A DNA stretch of 60,000 nt from Lytechinus pictus (GCF_037042905.1 NC_087251.1:8744001-8804000), one strand, 5' to 3'. Shown: positions 1-14,330, counted from the stretch's first letter. Notes: generated from the letters alone by a model not told the origin. Translations and numbers: made by a program.

Positions 1-3000
1 TTTGGTGGTGTGCCGATCGGACGGCTGGGGGCGGCTTGGGAGAACTCTGCCTTGGATTACACACTGCCTCCGATATGACAGACAACCTGACCAACTTGGC
101 GTGACTGAGAGAATGTCACAGTGTGCAAAACAGAATCGATATCACCAATCCGTGAAGTCATAATTTGTCGACATCAAAACTTTTTTTTTCGATGAAAACA
201 GGAGATTCCATTGTGCGTGCAGCTGGTAAAATGGACAGGAGGTGGTTCAACAGACCGTAGCAGGTTCTCTAGAAGCCATCTAGCAGTAGGACGCGGGTCA
301 GTAGATGCTTCATAGCAGTTGCTGAAAGACAACACCTTGTCACACATAACCAATCTGCGCAATGCACACGACTTTCTAACAAACATCATGTCATATCAGA
401 TCAAGACCAAAAAACGACCACTTCCAGAGTTTCCCCTTGATACTCTCACTTTGCCCTCCTACCAATCTTACATACACCTCTCAATCCTCCATGGGAACAA
501 ATATTTTTATCCAACTACCAAAAGTTTTACACCGGAAATTCTATGTTTTCATAAGCAAATAAATAAGCTCTTATTGAAAGATGTATTATTTTGGATTATT
601 ATTTTGTCACTCCACTCTCAGGTTTCTGATAGACTTTCAAAATGACGTCTTATCGAATTCCCTGTGCAATACGACTTCGAGAGAAACACTACCAGCAAAT
701 GCTGTTCATTTTCCGACTTCTAATACCACTTTTAAGATAGGTCCTCCAGCACTGGGATAACAGGTACATTCACTTTAAGTTACATCATGACAAATCATAA
801 CTATTTTGCAACTCGATCAATTGATATTTTTAAAGTAAGTTTTATGTAAATACCTCTAAAATGCAGGCCATACTCTCCAAACATACCGGGCTTGTGTGAA
901 AAGACCACGTTTGCCTTGTCTCAAATGATTTTATCGCAATAATTTTCTTTCTTCTCTTTGAATACCTGATGAAAGTTTTGAATTAATTTAGAATGTTGTT
1001 GCAGTTAGTTATTGACACATCAGATCAAACCAATGTTAAGTTGTATATTACGAAGCTCATTACAGGAGATGACAACGTGTGATAAGTAACTCGTTTCAGT
1101 CAACGGTTTAACCCAAGAAAGAAAGATAAGCTAGAGGAGGTGGGATTGGTGAGGGTCAAAAACATATTTTGGCTCCGACGGCTGCGTGCGATAAGAAAGA
1201 CAAACTGGGCGAAGCTTTGGGACGGTTTGAGCCACTCGATATCTATCAAGATCCTCTGCAGGAAGTCACTCATGTTTGTTCAGAGATGGAGTCCCTCTGG
1301 CTACGACAAGCTAGGTAAATTTGTTATGCGTTCCTTCCTTTTACCCCTCCCTGCCCCCTTCCTCTTCTAATGAAGATGAGAATTTGTGCTATTAAAGGTT
1401 CGATGATCTGAAAGCTTGGAAATCTGGTCGGGACATGGTTCAATGACCACATTAACGCAACAACTTTGAGTTCACGTCTACACTTAAAATGATACAACGG
1501 ATATTATTACTCTTAAGATATGGGCGTGAGTCTTGGAAGATAAAAGATGTAGTTAAAGTGGGTATCAGAGAGAATGTGTGTGTGTTCGTATATGTGTGTG
1601 CGTGTATGCGAATATAAGGAGGACAGAGAAGAGAGACACGATTTGAAAATGTACAAATTTCTCTAATATAATCATGATATGGGGTAAGGGGAGTGATCAC
1701 TATCGTTGAAAGTTTCGTAAATTCGATATTAATAATGTACGATGATTCAGCTTTCTTATGATTTGTTTTAAAAGTGTGAAATATTGGCCATGTGTGAATA
1801 ATGAAATTAATGAATATGACCGTCAATGTACTACTTATATAAAACAAATAAGCATAGATCATTATAAATCCAGCAACATCATATTAAAAAAAAATTGATA
1901 TTATGAATATCCTCCATTCGTGTGCCTTATATACCATAACCATTTGGAAAATTGTATATATAGTGTTGTCAATAAAATATATATATATATTTAATTTAGG
2001 AGTCAAAACAATTTTTCATTCCTCATCATATGGCTCTCAATGAAATCAGGATGGGTACTTTGGAAACATCTCTTTAATATCTTGCCTAGGGCGTCGAGTC
2101 TTGACAGAATCAATCTAATGACCTATTCTCATCGAGGTACCTCTCTTTCTTATCATGGTTAGTTGGCAATGACTTGATGAAAATATCAATTGACAGTAAT
2201 CTGTCATTGATGCGAATTCAGCTATATGATGATTAATTAAGCCACAACTTTAAAGCGAGAAGTTTTTCTATTATGATTCAATTTCCTAGACCTATTATAG
2301 GTGTCCTAGTTCTGGTTAATTATCTTTGTCATATATTCATATTGTCATTTTTCGTGTAGAGCTTCCATAAAAAATTATTCAAGAATATAGGACATTCTTC
2401 GTTTGAAACAGAAATATAAGAATGTTTTTTCTTATTCTACAATTTTCAATTTAAAACAATATAGTAAAAAGATAAATAAAAAATATGAATGTGTGATACC
2501 TCTTTATATCATCATGTTTATTGTCTTTACGATTGGTGCTGCATGATATATTGGAATTGTTATTTTTTATTTCAGGTTACACGGCCTCTTTGTCAGGTCG
2601 ATTGTAGATCTTGATTCCTGTTATATTCATGCGATATTCATCAAATCTTTATCTTTTCCCTTCCTTATCTGTTGCTTCGTTCCCCCCAAAGAGTCATATT
2701 TTCCTTCAGACGACCAATGATCGAATTTATATTTTGCACTCCTCTCTCGGTATCCATGGTATCGCCTTCCTCTACATCTTTCTATTGCATTTATACCCAA
2801 TATCATTTTCATTTGCATATGTTTAATGTATACTTTTTAATTCATTTGGTATGAATTTAAGAATTCAAATTTTGATGTACATACATTTTGAAAATAGCTT
2901 TGAGGAAATGATATTTCTCTAAAGATTTAAATTTCAAGCTCGTCCATGTTGAACCATGCATGGCCAAATATTATGCACCAATTATAGACGTTTCAAAATA

Positions 3001-3395
3001 TGAGAAGATAGAAAGATTGTGAATCAGCTAGGGCGTCAAACGCTTCGTTTAGATCATATTAACAGGATGAACTTATGAATTCTGTGCTCATGCAACGCTG
3101 CAAATTGCCAAGGGAGAGAATTGTCTGTACAGTATAAAGTTACAATTTCCCGCCTTCCCGTTTCTATTTCGTCACCTTTCGAAATCTTCTGCCAATTAAC
3201 AAGTGAGCATAAAGAAGCCAGGGTCTTGGATCTTACATAATATAGTCTGGACCTTTCACATGTTTTATATCATGATTATTGTTATCGTTATTATTATTTG
3301 CGAATATTAGGATGATTATCATTAATTCACTATTATCATTATTATCTTTATTGTTATTATTTTTATCATTACTATTATTATCATATTATTAAAGT

Positions 3396-3396
3396 C

Positions 3397-3443
<47 letters not shown>

Positions 3444-3449
3444 TATCAT
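3396..3449. repeat. (CAT)n microsatellite ending a TAT/CAT low-complexity tract
   Basis: Directly visible tandem catcatcat run. Confidence 0.9.
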
Positions 3450-4339
3450 TACTATTGTTACTGCTATTATCGTTATCGTCATTAAAAGTCATAATTGTCA
3501 AATAATATAACCTTCTAGTATATTTTTTTCTGCATATAAATAAGAGAAACTGAAATAACCATAAAATATATAGTTTGTATTCTCACATTCGAGAGGAGGA
3601 AACAAAATAGATTATTTGCATTGACAATTGTTAGTATTTGTCTTCTTCGACATTCTACCATGCCTACCATCCAAAGAAATAATTTCACTAAGAGGATGTA
3701 TTGTCAGGCAGGATATCTTTTTACACTTGCAGTGAAAACTGTCTTGAGAATGTTTTTAATGAGCGGAATGGCTTTAAGAGACGTGAAAACAATTGTCAGG
3801 GGTGGAAATTAGAGGACATGGTTTCTAGCCAAATATTGACATCTCAGACAATGATATTAACAAATAAATTAATCTCACCTTTAAGCTATTTGAATATTAA
3901 AAGAACAAAGTTATTAGTTCTGACCGTTTTTGCCAGAAGACATTGTAAATATTTTGATTGACAGGAAGTCCAATTTAGATTTGATTGTTATGTATAAAAT
4001 GCAAAATTTCATAGGGGTATGAAAACTAATTGAGAAAAGGCGAACCAACACATCGTCGAAAACATAAGTTGTAAACTTAGAAGTTCGCATAGATACGGTT
4101 ATGATCATTATCATTATGAAAATTATGGAGGTAATGATGCATCATACTCATTTTTACTTTTCTTACAGCTGTCATGACTATTTGCGACGAAAATATAACC
4201 TAGTTCGACTTCTCTTAAATTTATCCAATTTTTAACATTTCAATTTATAGTGGTCTCATGAAGAGCCTCTTTATCAAATTTACAAATCCTTTATAAAATA
4301 AACAAAAATTGTTAGTGTGTGAGGTCACTGATTCCCTCA

Positions 4340-4377
4340 CATCTACCATGGACCTACTAGTAGGTCCATGCATCTAC
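4340..4377. mobile_element. 24-bp palindromic transposon remnant with 7-bp target-site duplication (P/Galileo-like)
   Basis: CATCTAC-[CATGGACCTACTAGTAGGTCCATG]-CATCTAC; same termini as the insert at 21902. Confidence 0.6.
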
Positions 4378-6237
4378 CAACGGTGGCATGTTCGTGTCGA
4401 TTTTTAACTAAGCGAAACATTTTGATGTCAACACTGTTTTGTGATTTTGATGTAATGAACTTTCCTTCTTTCTTCGAAAAAAAGTGGTGTTCGAAGTTTT
4501 ACTTGAAGCACGTTAATGGCAAAAAGAGGAAAGGAGGATGGTGTTTTTAAAAGAAAAGTGTTCGTCAGATGAGAGGAAGACTTGAAAGATACACTGATAG
4601 ATTTTCACGTTGAAATAAAGACGGAAAGAGAATGAGAGAGAGAGAGAGTTGGTGTGTGTGTGGGTGTGCGAGAGGGTGTATCAGTATGTGTGTGAGAGAG
4701 AGAGAGATAGTGGGAGAGCTCTATTGAATGTGCCAAAAAAATTGATGGAAAAGCGGGATTAAGACCGTGGGAGAATAAACAAAGAGGTTTTCTCGAGTAT
4801 ATCAAAATCTAATGAAGATTATGAATAACATTTAGAAACATATCAAGCTTGGATAAGTTCCTTTGTAATAAGAACCGGTGTACTTTTTGACCTCTTTTGG
4901 ATCTTTGGCGGTTTTTTTTTCTTATTGTATCTATAAACTCCATGAGAAACGTATGAGGTTATCGTTCTTCTCATCTCCCCTCACAAACACCTTTCTTTAT
5001 TGACATTACCAGCTAAAGTTTTATGATGCATTCTCACTTCCCAATTCGATGTCGCACACTCACTTGACAATGTTTGGGAGGATTTTCATTCAATATTGAA
5101 AGATAAACAGAAATGAAAGAGAGTTGTAAAGAGCTGTGGCTAGCGAAGTCAAGTAACACTGTTCAATATCATGCTACACCCCGCCTTATCAGCGCTCAAC
5201 ATTGTGCGTTGCCCTTTCTTCACGCTCATGCTAAATTACCCTTTCATTCAAGAAGTATCAAACCCGCATTAAATAGACACCGTATTCCATACACAGGCAT
5301 TCCAAACATAACTTCACCCATCGCACTATTCAGACTTTATATGAACATAAAGAAATCTGACAACTTTTAAGTGCTTTTGTTGGGATCGCCGAAAAGTGTA
5401 TTTTTACTAGAGTGACGCAGTCTGTATAACAATGATAGAACACGCGACCACCTGAGGGGCTTGTTGGCCGATGTTTATTGCGAAAACTCCGCTCAGCTTC
5501 GTGATACGGAAAATTGAACAACCATTTTCAATGGACTTACAATTGACATTTATCCAAACATCGTTTACTCCTTCAACAAAAATCAATTAAAGTGGAATGA
5601 ATAAAATTCACGCCCAATTAGTTCCAATAATGTAAAATGCCTCCTTCAATACACTTGTCGATACTGTACCCCCACGGAGATGATAACACTCATTGGATGG
5701 TTTCGTTTGATAGAAAGATGGAAATAGAATCATATTTCTCATCTAACCTTGGTAACGGACCTACTTCCAGGAGATCTGACGAGTTTAAAAAGTTCGCAAC
5801 GATGCCACTGGTTCAGGCTTCGTCAGTTTTCAATGTCACTAAGCTGCCTCAATAATCAGTGACAGTACCATTATGTACTTTTAGGGCTGTGTTTTTGTAA
5901 CCGATTACCATACAACTATGAAAAGATAATTAAAAATGCACCATGTCCAGAAATAAATAAAAAAATTCACAGATATTTTTTAAGAGCCATTAATTATGAT
6001 AGAGATGAATCCATGACTAATTAAATGATTAAATTCTAATTAAATTTATGATGAATTCTGCTAATCGACAATGCAGTTACTTTGAATTCTATTCTCATTA
6101 ATTCATTAACATCACTTTATACAATTCATTCTAAATGTGCCATTACAATTAATTTGTAAATAATCCACTCTAAATATATATATATGTGTAATTAATGCAT
6201 TTTGTTTTATATACATATATATATATATATATATATA

Positions 6238-6509
6238 ATAATAATACTATAGGGTATTTATATTGCGCACATATCCACCTTGTTAGGTGCTCAAGGCGCT
6301 CCTATATTACCCGGCTAAGCTAGGCGTTCATAGCGCACACAGCTTTTTAAGGAATTACTTCCTACCGGTACCCATTTACCTCACCTGGGTTGAGTGCAGC
6401 ACATTGTGGATCAGTTTCTTGCCGAAGGAAATTACGCCATGGCTGGGATTCGAACCCACGACCCTCTGTTTCAAAGTCCGAAGACTAATCCACTGGGCCA
6501 CAACGCTCC
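6238..6509 (-). mobile_element. tRNA-derived SINE, apparently full length
   Basis: Minus strand: GGAGCGTTG-TGGCCCAGTGG (A box)...GGTTCGAATCC (B box), central CACTCAACCCAGGTGAGGTAAATGGGTACCGG domain, L2-like 3' end and (TAT)n tail. Confidence 0.85.
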
Positions 6510-7276
6510 ACATGTATACATGTATAAATTGCATTAACAAAATGCATTAATTTATGTCATGAACTAGAAATTGTTTTATTTTCCTTTTGAGAGACGGAAA
6601 GCAGCAAGGGAGAAGGGGAAAGAACCGGAAGCAAAGTTGAAAAAATTTTCTGCTTTTTTTGTCGTTTTTTTTGGGTCAAACTACTCTGTTTTATGCAAAA
6701 TATGGATGTTGAATTTTATGAAGACGATAAAACCTGCAGAAGAATTTTGGCATGGAAAAAAGATTTGGAAGTGATACTTTTACTTTTTACTTTGTTCTTT
6801 CTTTTTATTTCATTTTGCAGGTTTCTATATTCATTTCCTGGTATGATCCTTGAAGAGTGCTTAATAGGATTGAATATTTTATTTGATTATCATATATCGC
6901 TATTTCCATAAACATCTCCCTGGTTCCCCACAGGAGAATTCTAATATTACATAGAAATTATGAAACTTACCGCCAACTGATACCCCAAGCTTTGCTCAGA
7001 TTTGCATCCTTTGCTATATTCTGGTATCATATTTTTTTCACCCTGGTAAACCATACGTCTATCCTCCCATCTCAAGTTAGACCTTAATTCGCATCTACTA
7101 AATCGTAGATTTTGTACGAGCAATTTTAGTTTTTCTATAAGCCTTGTTATTTTACTTTATGTTTTCTTGCCTTCAATTTTCCTCTATGACAATGCTTGAG
7201 GAGATTCAAATTGCAATATGTCGAGATTCGTGATATCTTTTCACATATCCTTTTCTATGTATATATATATAGATAT

Positions 7277-7279
<3 letters not shown>

Positions 7280-7312
<33 letters not shown>
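7280..7312. repeat. (TA)n microsatellite
   Basis: Visible run. Confidence 0.9.
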
Positions 7313-7316
<4 letters not shown>

Positions 7317-7466
7317 TGCTTTTATATAATCTTAATCTTTAATTTTATCTGTTAATGTTCAGTTGCACTATTGAATGCAATTATGTGCAATTGTTTGGTG
7401 TTCCTGTTGGTAATGAGTCAATACGAATCTTACTAAACACAAATTTGTTATTCACAAAGCTTTATT

Positions 7467-7850
7467 GGTCGATTGCATACGTGTCGTACGGGACATTTTG
7501 ACAACAATTTCTAGTCTCTTAGCTGATTGCTTGAGCAATAAAAGTTTATTTCAGTCAATAATAAAGTTATAGCAGGCAGTCATGTGAAAAAAAAGATTAC
7601 CAACGAAAAATGTTTGATTATGTGTGAATTAAAGGTGAAATGTTGTGTGTCGTACGGGACTCAACGACACGCAACTTTTTACCTCTACTTCACACATGGA
7701 CAACATATTTTTGTTGGTTGTCATTGTTTTAATATGACTACCCAGTAGTACTTTATTATTACCCCAAACAAATTTATGTTCCTCGTTTGTTTGGATAGTA
7801 GGTTGAAAAATGTTGCGAAAATGGCTGATTTTTCTAGCATGGAATCGCCC
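7467..7850. mobile_element. Non-autonomous DNA transposon (MITE), 4-bp TSD TATT, Sola2-like
   Basis: TIRs GGTCGATTGCAT / ATGGAATCGCCC with TATT on both sides. A second copy in opposite orientation lies at 53744-54131. 4-bp TSD and GRG..CYC termini fit Sola2. Confidence 0.75.
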
Positions 7851-10800
7851 TATTGTGTAAAGATGTCTGTTTAGCTTCTGCCTGGTAGTGATTTTGTCTA
7901 AGAGTTGTCCATTGTTATTGTTAACTTCTTCCTTGATGATACTTCCATTCAAGAAGTTCAATGCATAATAAACTCAACATTTTATTTGCATTTGATTTAA
8001 ACTTCCCGGAGGCGCAGAGCCAAATCATAACCCTATTCCACTCAACAACAAAAAATAGAAACGAACAAAAACACATCAACACTCATCAGAGTAAGAGTAC
8101 TTCGCATTATCCTTATTTAATATTCATCATCGAACGTAACAATAAACGTTTTAATGTCGGAAACGGTGTAAACTGGGATTCGATACACTAATTTTCAGTA
8201 AATGTTTAGAGCTAATTTGATCATGTTAACTAAACTTAGATCGGGAAGTCCGGGTTACCAAAACCCACAAACTTACGCTAATAGGATTAAATTGAGTTGA
8301 TTATTTGTTAGTATAGAGTATATTTCGGATCAAGAGTTGGTGGATAATGTCTGTAATCTACTTTATATTATCGAATAAAATGTATGTTCACACTTTACTT
8401 TATCTTTCATGGAGTCTACTACAGTGTTTAAATATCGCAAATTCGCTTTGGGTGAAAAAAATAGATGAAATCCCAATTCTCGGGGGTGTTTTTATCAGAA
8501 AATGAATTGTACGAATCAGATATTTTTGGGGCAGAAGATTGAGATTGGACGCGTATGCATGTTTGAATCCCAGTGGTTTTTACTATCATGTTACGTATAA
8601 TCCGTACGGTGGACTGGCGGTATTACACGCTGACAGCATCGCAAAGCCTTGTGATGGAAGAGAGACTCACATACAATGTGTTTAAAAAAATAATGAAGGG
8701 AAATCGAAACATTGCTTTCAAATCTCCTTTTGTCTTTGCACAGACAAATTGTTTGCATAATCGCAATTTCTTAATCAATTCATTGTTCAGAATAAACTTG
8801 GGTTTTAGAATAACGAAAAAAAGACTAATACATTTAATGTTTTAAGTACTCCGACTTTAAAATGGAAGTGTACATTTCTACTCAATTGATAGTGATCTCA
8901 ATTGAAGATTGCAGTGAAAATGCGTGTTATCATACAATTGATTTATAGTGAATCACTAATATCATAGACCACTTCAATCCGAAATCAATCAATGAAATTT
9001 CAAATTTCATTCTAATATGTCTGTGAAATAACATTAATTTTCAGAGATTAATTTTCACACTTTTTTGTAGTTTGTATACAGATATTAACACGAGGAGTGA
9101 GTGTTAAATGAAGTTAGAACAATTATTTCTTACGCATATCATTTTGCGTTTTCAGCAATTGTTAAGAAATAAGAAGTTATTATTTGAATAATAATCTATT
9201 ATGAATTACTTTTAAGCTAAAATATCTCAAAATTTTAAGAATCTGTCTTTTCGAGCAGCATATTGCTAGGATACCCTATACAGCCGAAGTTTTTGGTGAG
9301 GCAAGCTTATTTGAGGGAAGACATTAATTCTTCACTCAAACCTATTGTCTAATCTTGGGTAAATGTGTTGGTTGAACGGACTCATCTTCTCGACAGGGAG
9401 GAAGAGAAGAAAAGTCCGAGGGACTAGTCGAGTTCAGCCTCACCATGAAATGGACACCAACCCCAAATCCCGCGTTTTGTTTCGGACATGACTAGAAATG
9501 TAAGCGCTTCACGCGCCCACAGTCCCAAACTTTAATCCTCACATCGTAATGTCAATGTTTGATTCAAGAGTGGTCTGCTCTTATTCTTATGCAGGATTTG
9601 AGGTAGCGAGTTTTCCCCTTCCATCTCCCATCGTCTTTCTCTTCTCTCTCCTGCATAAATCATTTAAGAATACATTCAATAATAAAAACCCACTTTCTCG
9701 TATTCCGTTGCATCATCGAGGATTCTTGATGTTCTCAGAATCTGAAGCCATGAGATTCGGGGAGACGATATCCAAGTCAACGTCTGGGACAGCCATCTGA
9801 GTCCAAGACGTTATCCGCTAAGGCTTTCACCTTATAATGATGGAGAGGGGAAAAAGTGAAGAATATATGTCATACTGGTGTCCTCTTAAATCTATAATGG
9901 AGACAAGGTGTCGAGAAGGTTTGATTGAAATCTTAGGGATTTCTTTCGATGTGTTCCTAAGCCCCTCTCGCTGAAATCAATCTACTATTGACATTACCAT
10001 GTTTGTACACTCTATCCCTATGATCACCAACTCTTCATACCCGTCTTCAGCTATATCACGCTTCTCGATCGGCTTTTCACTTTCCATATGACAATCCTAC
10101 TCTCAAATGTCCTTTTCTTTGTGTTCGCAAATTTTAGATTATCTTCAAAAGCATTTTATGTCTCCTTTTCTTCCTGAATATACATTGTTATATAAAATTA
10201 TCATCAAAAGTTTGTTTCTACCGAATAGGTTTCTGCTTTTCTTTCTAAATGGTAGAGGAACATTATGATGGTAAATTACAATGTAGAGCTCGAGCTTAAT
10301 AAGAACATTTATATAAAGTTTAAAAACTTTTGAATAATTGTAATAAATTGTTAGATGTGTTGGTTAGGTGAGTGTGGATTGTGATGCGGACGTGTTCACG
10401 TGTGTTTTGAGTGAAGATAGAATTACTTGAAGCATCAACAAAACGCCCCCACACTGGTTCTCATTAACCCACCACACAAAAACATCCTCACAAAAAGAAC
10501 CCACACTTGAGAAAAAAAATTGTAGGGGCAAGCTATTGTGGGCTAACAATTACTCGCCTCTCGAATCCGTTTTTACTCAGAATATTAACATGATTAAGGC
10601 GCCACTGCAAGCACAGCCATCACACACACGAACACACCCCCCCCTAACATGCCTAACGTGAGCGCGCACCCTCACAATTTAGGACCAACGCATTCACACC
10701 AAAACACACCCACATGCACCCACAGTCAAAATACTGTTCGCAAACAAGTTGATAATGATTTTTACTAGTATATAGTTTACCAAAACCTTCTGTAGTAGGG

Positions 10801-12049
10801 GGTTTCTGCGCCTTTTTTTAGTTGAAGGCAGACAGTAAGCGATTTCAAGTTTGGTGTAAGTGTTGATGTCGTAGTTCCGTAGTTCCAAAATTGAATATGA
10901 GTATGAATAAATGTGAAATTAAGTTTGATGTTACATCAAAAGAAAAAAATCGAACATTATCTGCATCAGGAAGAAATTGATAATTTTAATAGCATGTTTA
11001 TGAAAATCGCACCCCTCCAAGGAAATTAATACAGATATCTACAGTATCATAGAAAAAAAATTGTTTATTGATTAATTCTAGTTAGTTTTCATCTACCAAA
11101 GTATTTTGATCGTGTTACATTTTGTAATTGATGAGAAATTACCTATATAATTTTACTGCAGTTAGGTAACTGAATAGGTGCAAAAATAGGCTCATGCTCT
11201 CTGATTTTGTTTAAATATTCATACCATTCCACTTCAGGAAGAGACTTTTTCAAAATATGAAAATAAGTTAGATATTTCTGCTATCATAATATACAGATTT
11301 TCGCCAAGGGAGAACTCGGGAAATGGGAGGCGAAAATGGGCATGGCAACCTTAAGATCCAAGGCGGGAGAAATGTAACAAGATATTCTCCGAGAGAAAAT
11401 ATCCCTGGGCTAATTATTCAGCGAGAGGGTTGGGTTTACACCCATGGTAGTTGGATTTACATGTAACAAATCTTGATGTATTTGTTGTTACAGAAATATT
11501 CCGAATTTCACTTTCGGAGATATGTATATAATCACATACATTACTATCTGTCATATATCAAATTACTCCTGGGGAGCACATAAATACAAGTATGCCAGAT
11601 AAAAATAAAATAATGATTGACACCCTGATTTAATTAAAAAGTATCGGATAAGATATTAGTATTTGGAAATATCATTTCTATATTTCGTACATTCAAGATT
11701 TGTTCGACAAAGAATATTGTGTGGAAAACGAATTGGAAAAGTGTTTATGTAAACATAATTACACAATATTGTGTTTGGATTATATCAGTAAAATTCTTGT
11801 TCGTATACAGCAGGTACAAAAAAGAAAACAAGAAAGAATAGGGGGATTTCCTAGTTATCTCACCTATTTTCAAGAATCTATATCGGTTAACCACCAGAAT
11901 CAACTAGTTTTATAAGATAATGGTTCCAACATCGTAACTTACATTTTCCGACGGAATCACGAAAAGAGGGTTCGTGCCATCACATCGGGTTATCCGTCAT
12001 TTTATATATATATTCTGAATATTTCAGGGTGGGTGTGTGTTATTATTTG

Positions 12050-12350
12050 TTTGGCGTCACCTGTGTCTGGGAGGCGAAAAGCGAACTGAGTCATTATGAC
12101 CCGCATTTCTGTCCTCCCGATACTGATTGGGGGAGTACAGGTGGACCACTACACCGGGGTTTCCTCCTAATCTTGTACGAGTTTCCTCTACACAGGGCAT
12201 ACATTTAACGTCCTATCCGAGGGACGGAGTGTTTTCCGCTGTAACATAGCCTGCATCTATGGAACAGGGGAGAGACGTTTACATACAACACAGACTTCAG
12301 TCTGGACTCGAATCCACGACCTTTGGTTCGACAGGCAGACGCTTTCCCTG
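12050..12350 (-). mobile_element. tRNA-derived SINE with Deu-like domain (DeuSINE), 5' end degraded
   Basis: Minus strand B-box-like GGATTCGAGTCC, then CCGTCCCTCGGATAGGACGTTAAA and ACCCCGGTGTAGTGG, resembling the Deu domain consensus as I recall it. Confidence 0.65.
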
Positions 12351-13399
12351 TTAGTGTATCCTTCTCAGAGCTCCATATATTTCTTTTGATGTAAGTTATT
12401 GAGATGTTATCGTTTCATTTCATTTATCTTGCTATCATGAAGCTATCATTGGTATAGTCACCATACATCGGTGCCTTTGACATGAGATAACTGGTATCAA
12501 CAAGAGCGCATCTTTCACCGCGCCGACATGTGTGGGCATAGGAATAAACATAGAATATAACTGCTCACTTGATGTCTCGGTTTACCAAATATTTTGATTG
12601 GATTGATTAACCTATGAGTTGATGACGTCGTTCAGTGACCATACAAAGTTAACCATCGACGATACCAGTTTGAATTCGAGGCTTTGTGTGATATCACCTC
12701 GCCCGTAATCATGTTTTGGTTTCAAGCATAAACAATAATATGGAAGCAAAACATTAAGTTTAACAGGGATGTTAGCAATGTTATCAGAGATGTGTTTGAG
12801 AGGGATTGCAGACCTGCAGGGGGCGCTGTCGCATTCCAAAGGGAGAACATTGAAGGTTGTATCACACAGTTTTCAAAAAATAAAATGAATTATTTTTATT
12901 TAGCCCGTACATATAATTCTGATTAAACGTAAATGAAAACACTTTAAAATATTCAAGGACATCAACAAGTAATGACGAAAAGGAGGTGATTGACAACTAC
13001 ATTTATTTGAATTGTTGCTCCATTATACGCTTTTGATTCCACAATATATCATCACTTCATGTGAAACAAACTGTACAGGTTTTATCGTGATAAGAATGTT
13101 TCCGAATCATTTTATTTCACAATTGCATATGCCATTTGAATATTCCATACTGCAAAGAGTTATAGCTATTAAAGGCATTTTCATATAAACTGAAGATTCT
13201 ACTCAGATAATGGAATACGTTGCTTTTGTTTTGTTGAAGAATGTCATGTGAGTCAGGCACCTAATGAGGGATAAGGAATCAATACTTCTGATAGTTATGA
13301 AAGAAAATTAAAGATTCTTCATTCTGATTGGTTGAAAAGGTACACGTAGGCCCACTATCTTTATTTTGATATAGCGCTTCGTGCAAATGAAACCATGTA

Positions 13400-14330
13400 A
13401 CAGGATGCCTACCTTGCCATCAAACTTGAATTTAGGAGAGAACTCAATATTTGTTTTGATGATCTCTCTCACCCCTGCATTGTGTGCAAACAATCGCGAG
13501 GACTAGAGCAGAGAAATTAGCCTGTTGCATCTGATACTGCGTTTTGTTTAGCCCTACATGCTCTAATTTCGACCAGAAATAAACCATCAAGTTTTGATGT
13601 CGCAAACCGGCCCATATCTCTGGCCATAACCGAGAGCATATCCATCCAAATATTTAGTCAAAGAATATCAAGTTTTCGTAAACTATGCTCGAAAAAAATT
13701 GGCAGCCCAACACAGCACTTAGACGTTTATTTTTGGAAGTGTCCTATGAAAGGCATGGAGGTTTCTGGTATAACAAATAGGAGCTACCCTAAGGCTATAT
13801 GATAAGGAAAGAGAGAAATCCTCCAGCAAAGGTCTTTCTCAAAGTCATTTTTATTTATGGAGGAAATGCCCCGTCGTTAATAACTCGTTGAGAAATTTGA
13901 AATGTCCGACGAAGCGTGTAGACGGGTCTGGAGTTTGTCAGAGCGGATCTAAATCCTCAAACATCATCCTTAACTTCGCCATCAAATTACTCTTATTAGA
14001 TCTCAAGATATAAGGTTAAGTCGAAAATAATTGTTAATCGAGCTGACAGTTTCAATGCTGTATGGTGTGCTGGAGGCGAGGTTGTCATAAACGATGATTT
14101 TTCTTTCCTTCGTTTGTTCCTTTGCTAGAGATACCAAAGGCGGGAAACTTAAGCGAATGTCGTCTGTCTGCGGAGTATCTTCATGACAGACTGTCAGATA
14201 AGTATTATGACGTGGCCAGGATCCCTTCGACCGATGTTGACAACGACAGCTTCACTTGCGAAGCATACTCGTCATCATTTCAAGTTTATTCCCAAACCAA
14301 TGATCTCTGGTGGTCAAAACTGATCACAGT
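13400..14330 (-). mobile_element. Highly decayed DIRS/Ngaro-like pol (RT-RNase H) remnant
   Basis: Frameshifted minus-strand peptides PPFGIS..GKKKIIVYDNL..SSINN (RT N-terminus-like) and VEIRACRAKQNAVSDA (RNase H NxxAD-like), in the expected order; many stops. Confidence 0.35.

Noticed and set aside
1..170. GC-rich stretch at the left edge as a coding exon
   Set aside because: Several short frames are open, but none gives a recognisable protein and strand cannot be determined.
6430..6509. tRNA gene on the minus strand
   Set aside because: A and B boxes are present, but the sequence continues into a SINE body and tail and the acceptor stem is not convincing.
6790..7230. Possible decayed LINE ORF2 fragment on the minus strand
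   Set aside because: Only a faint resemblance with many stops; not enough to call.
3100..11400. Short shared words (GCCAAGGGAGA, AAGGCGGGA, TAAGATCCAAG) at ~3110-3235 and ~11300-11375
   Set aside because: Matches are short and in mixed orientation; cannot be distinguished from chance without alignment statistics.
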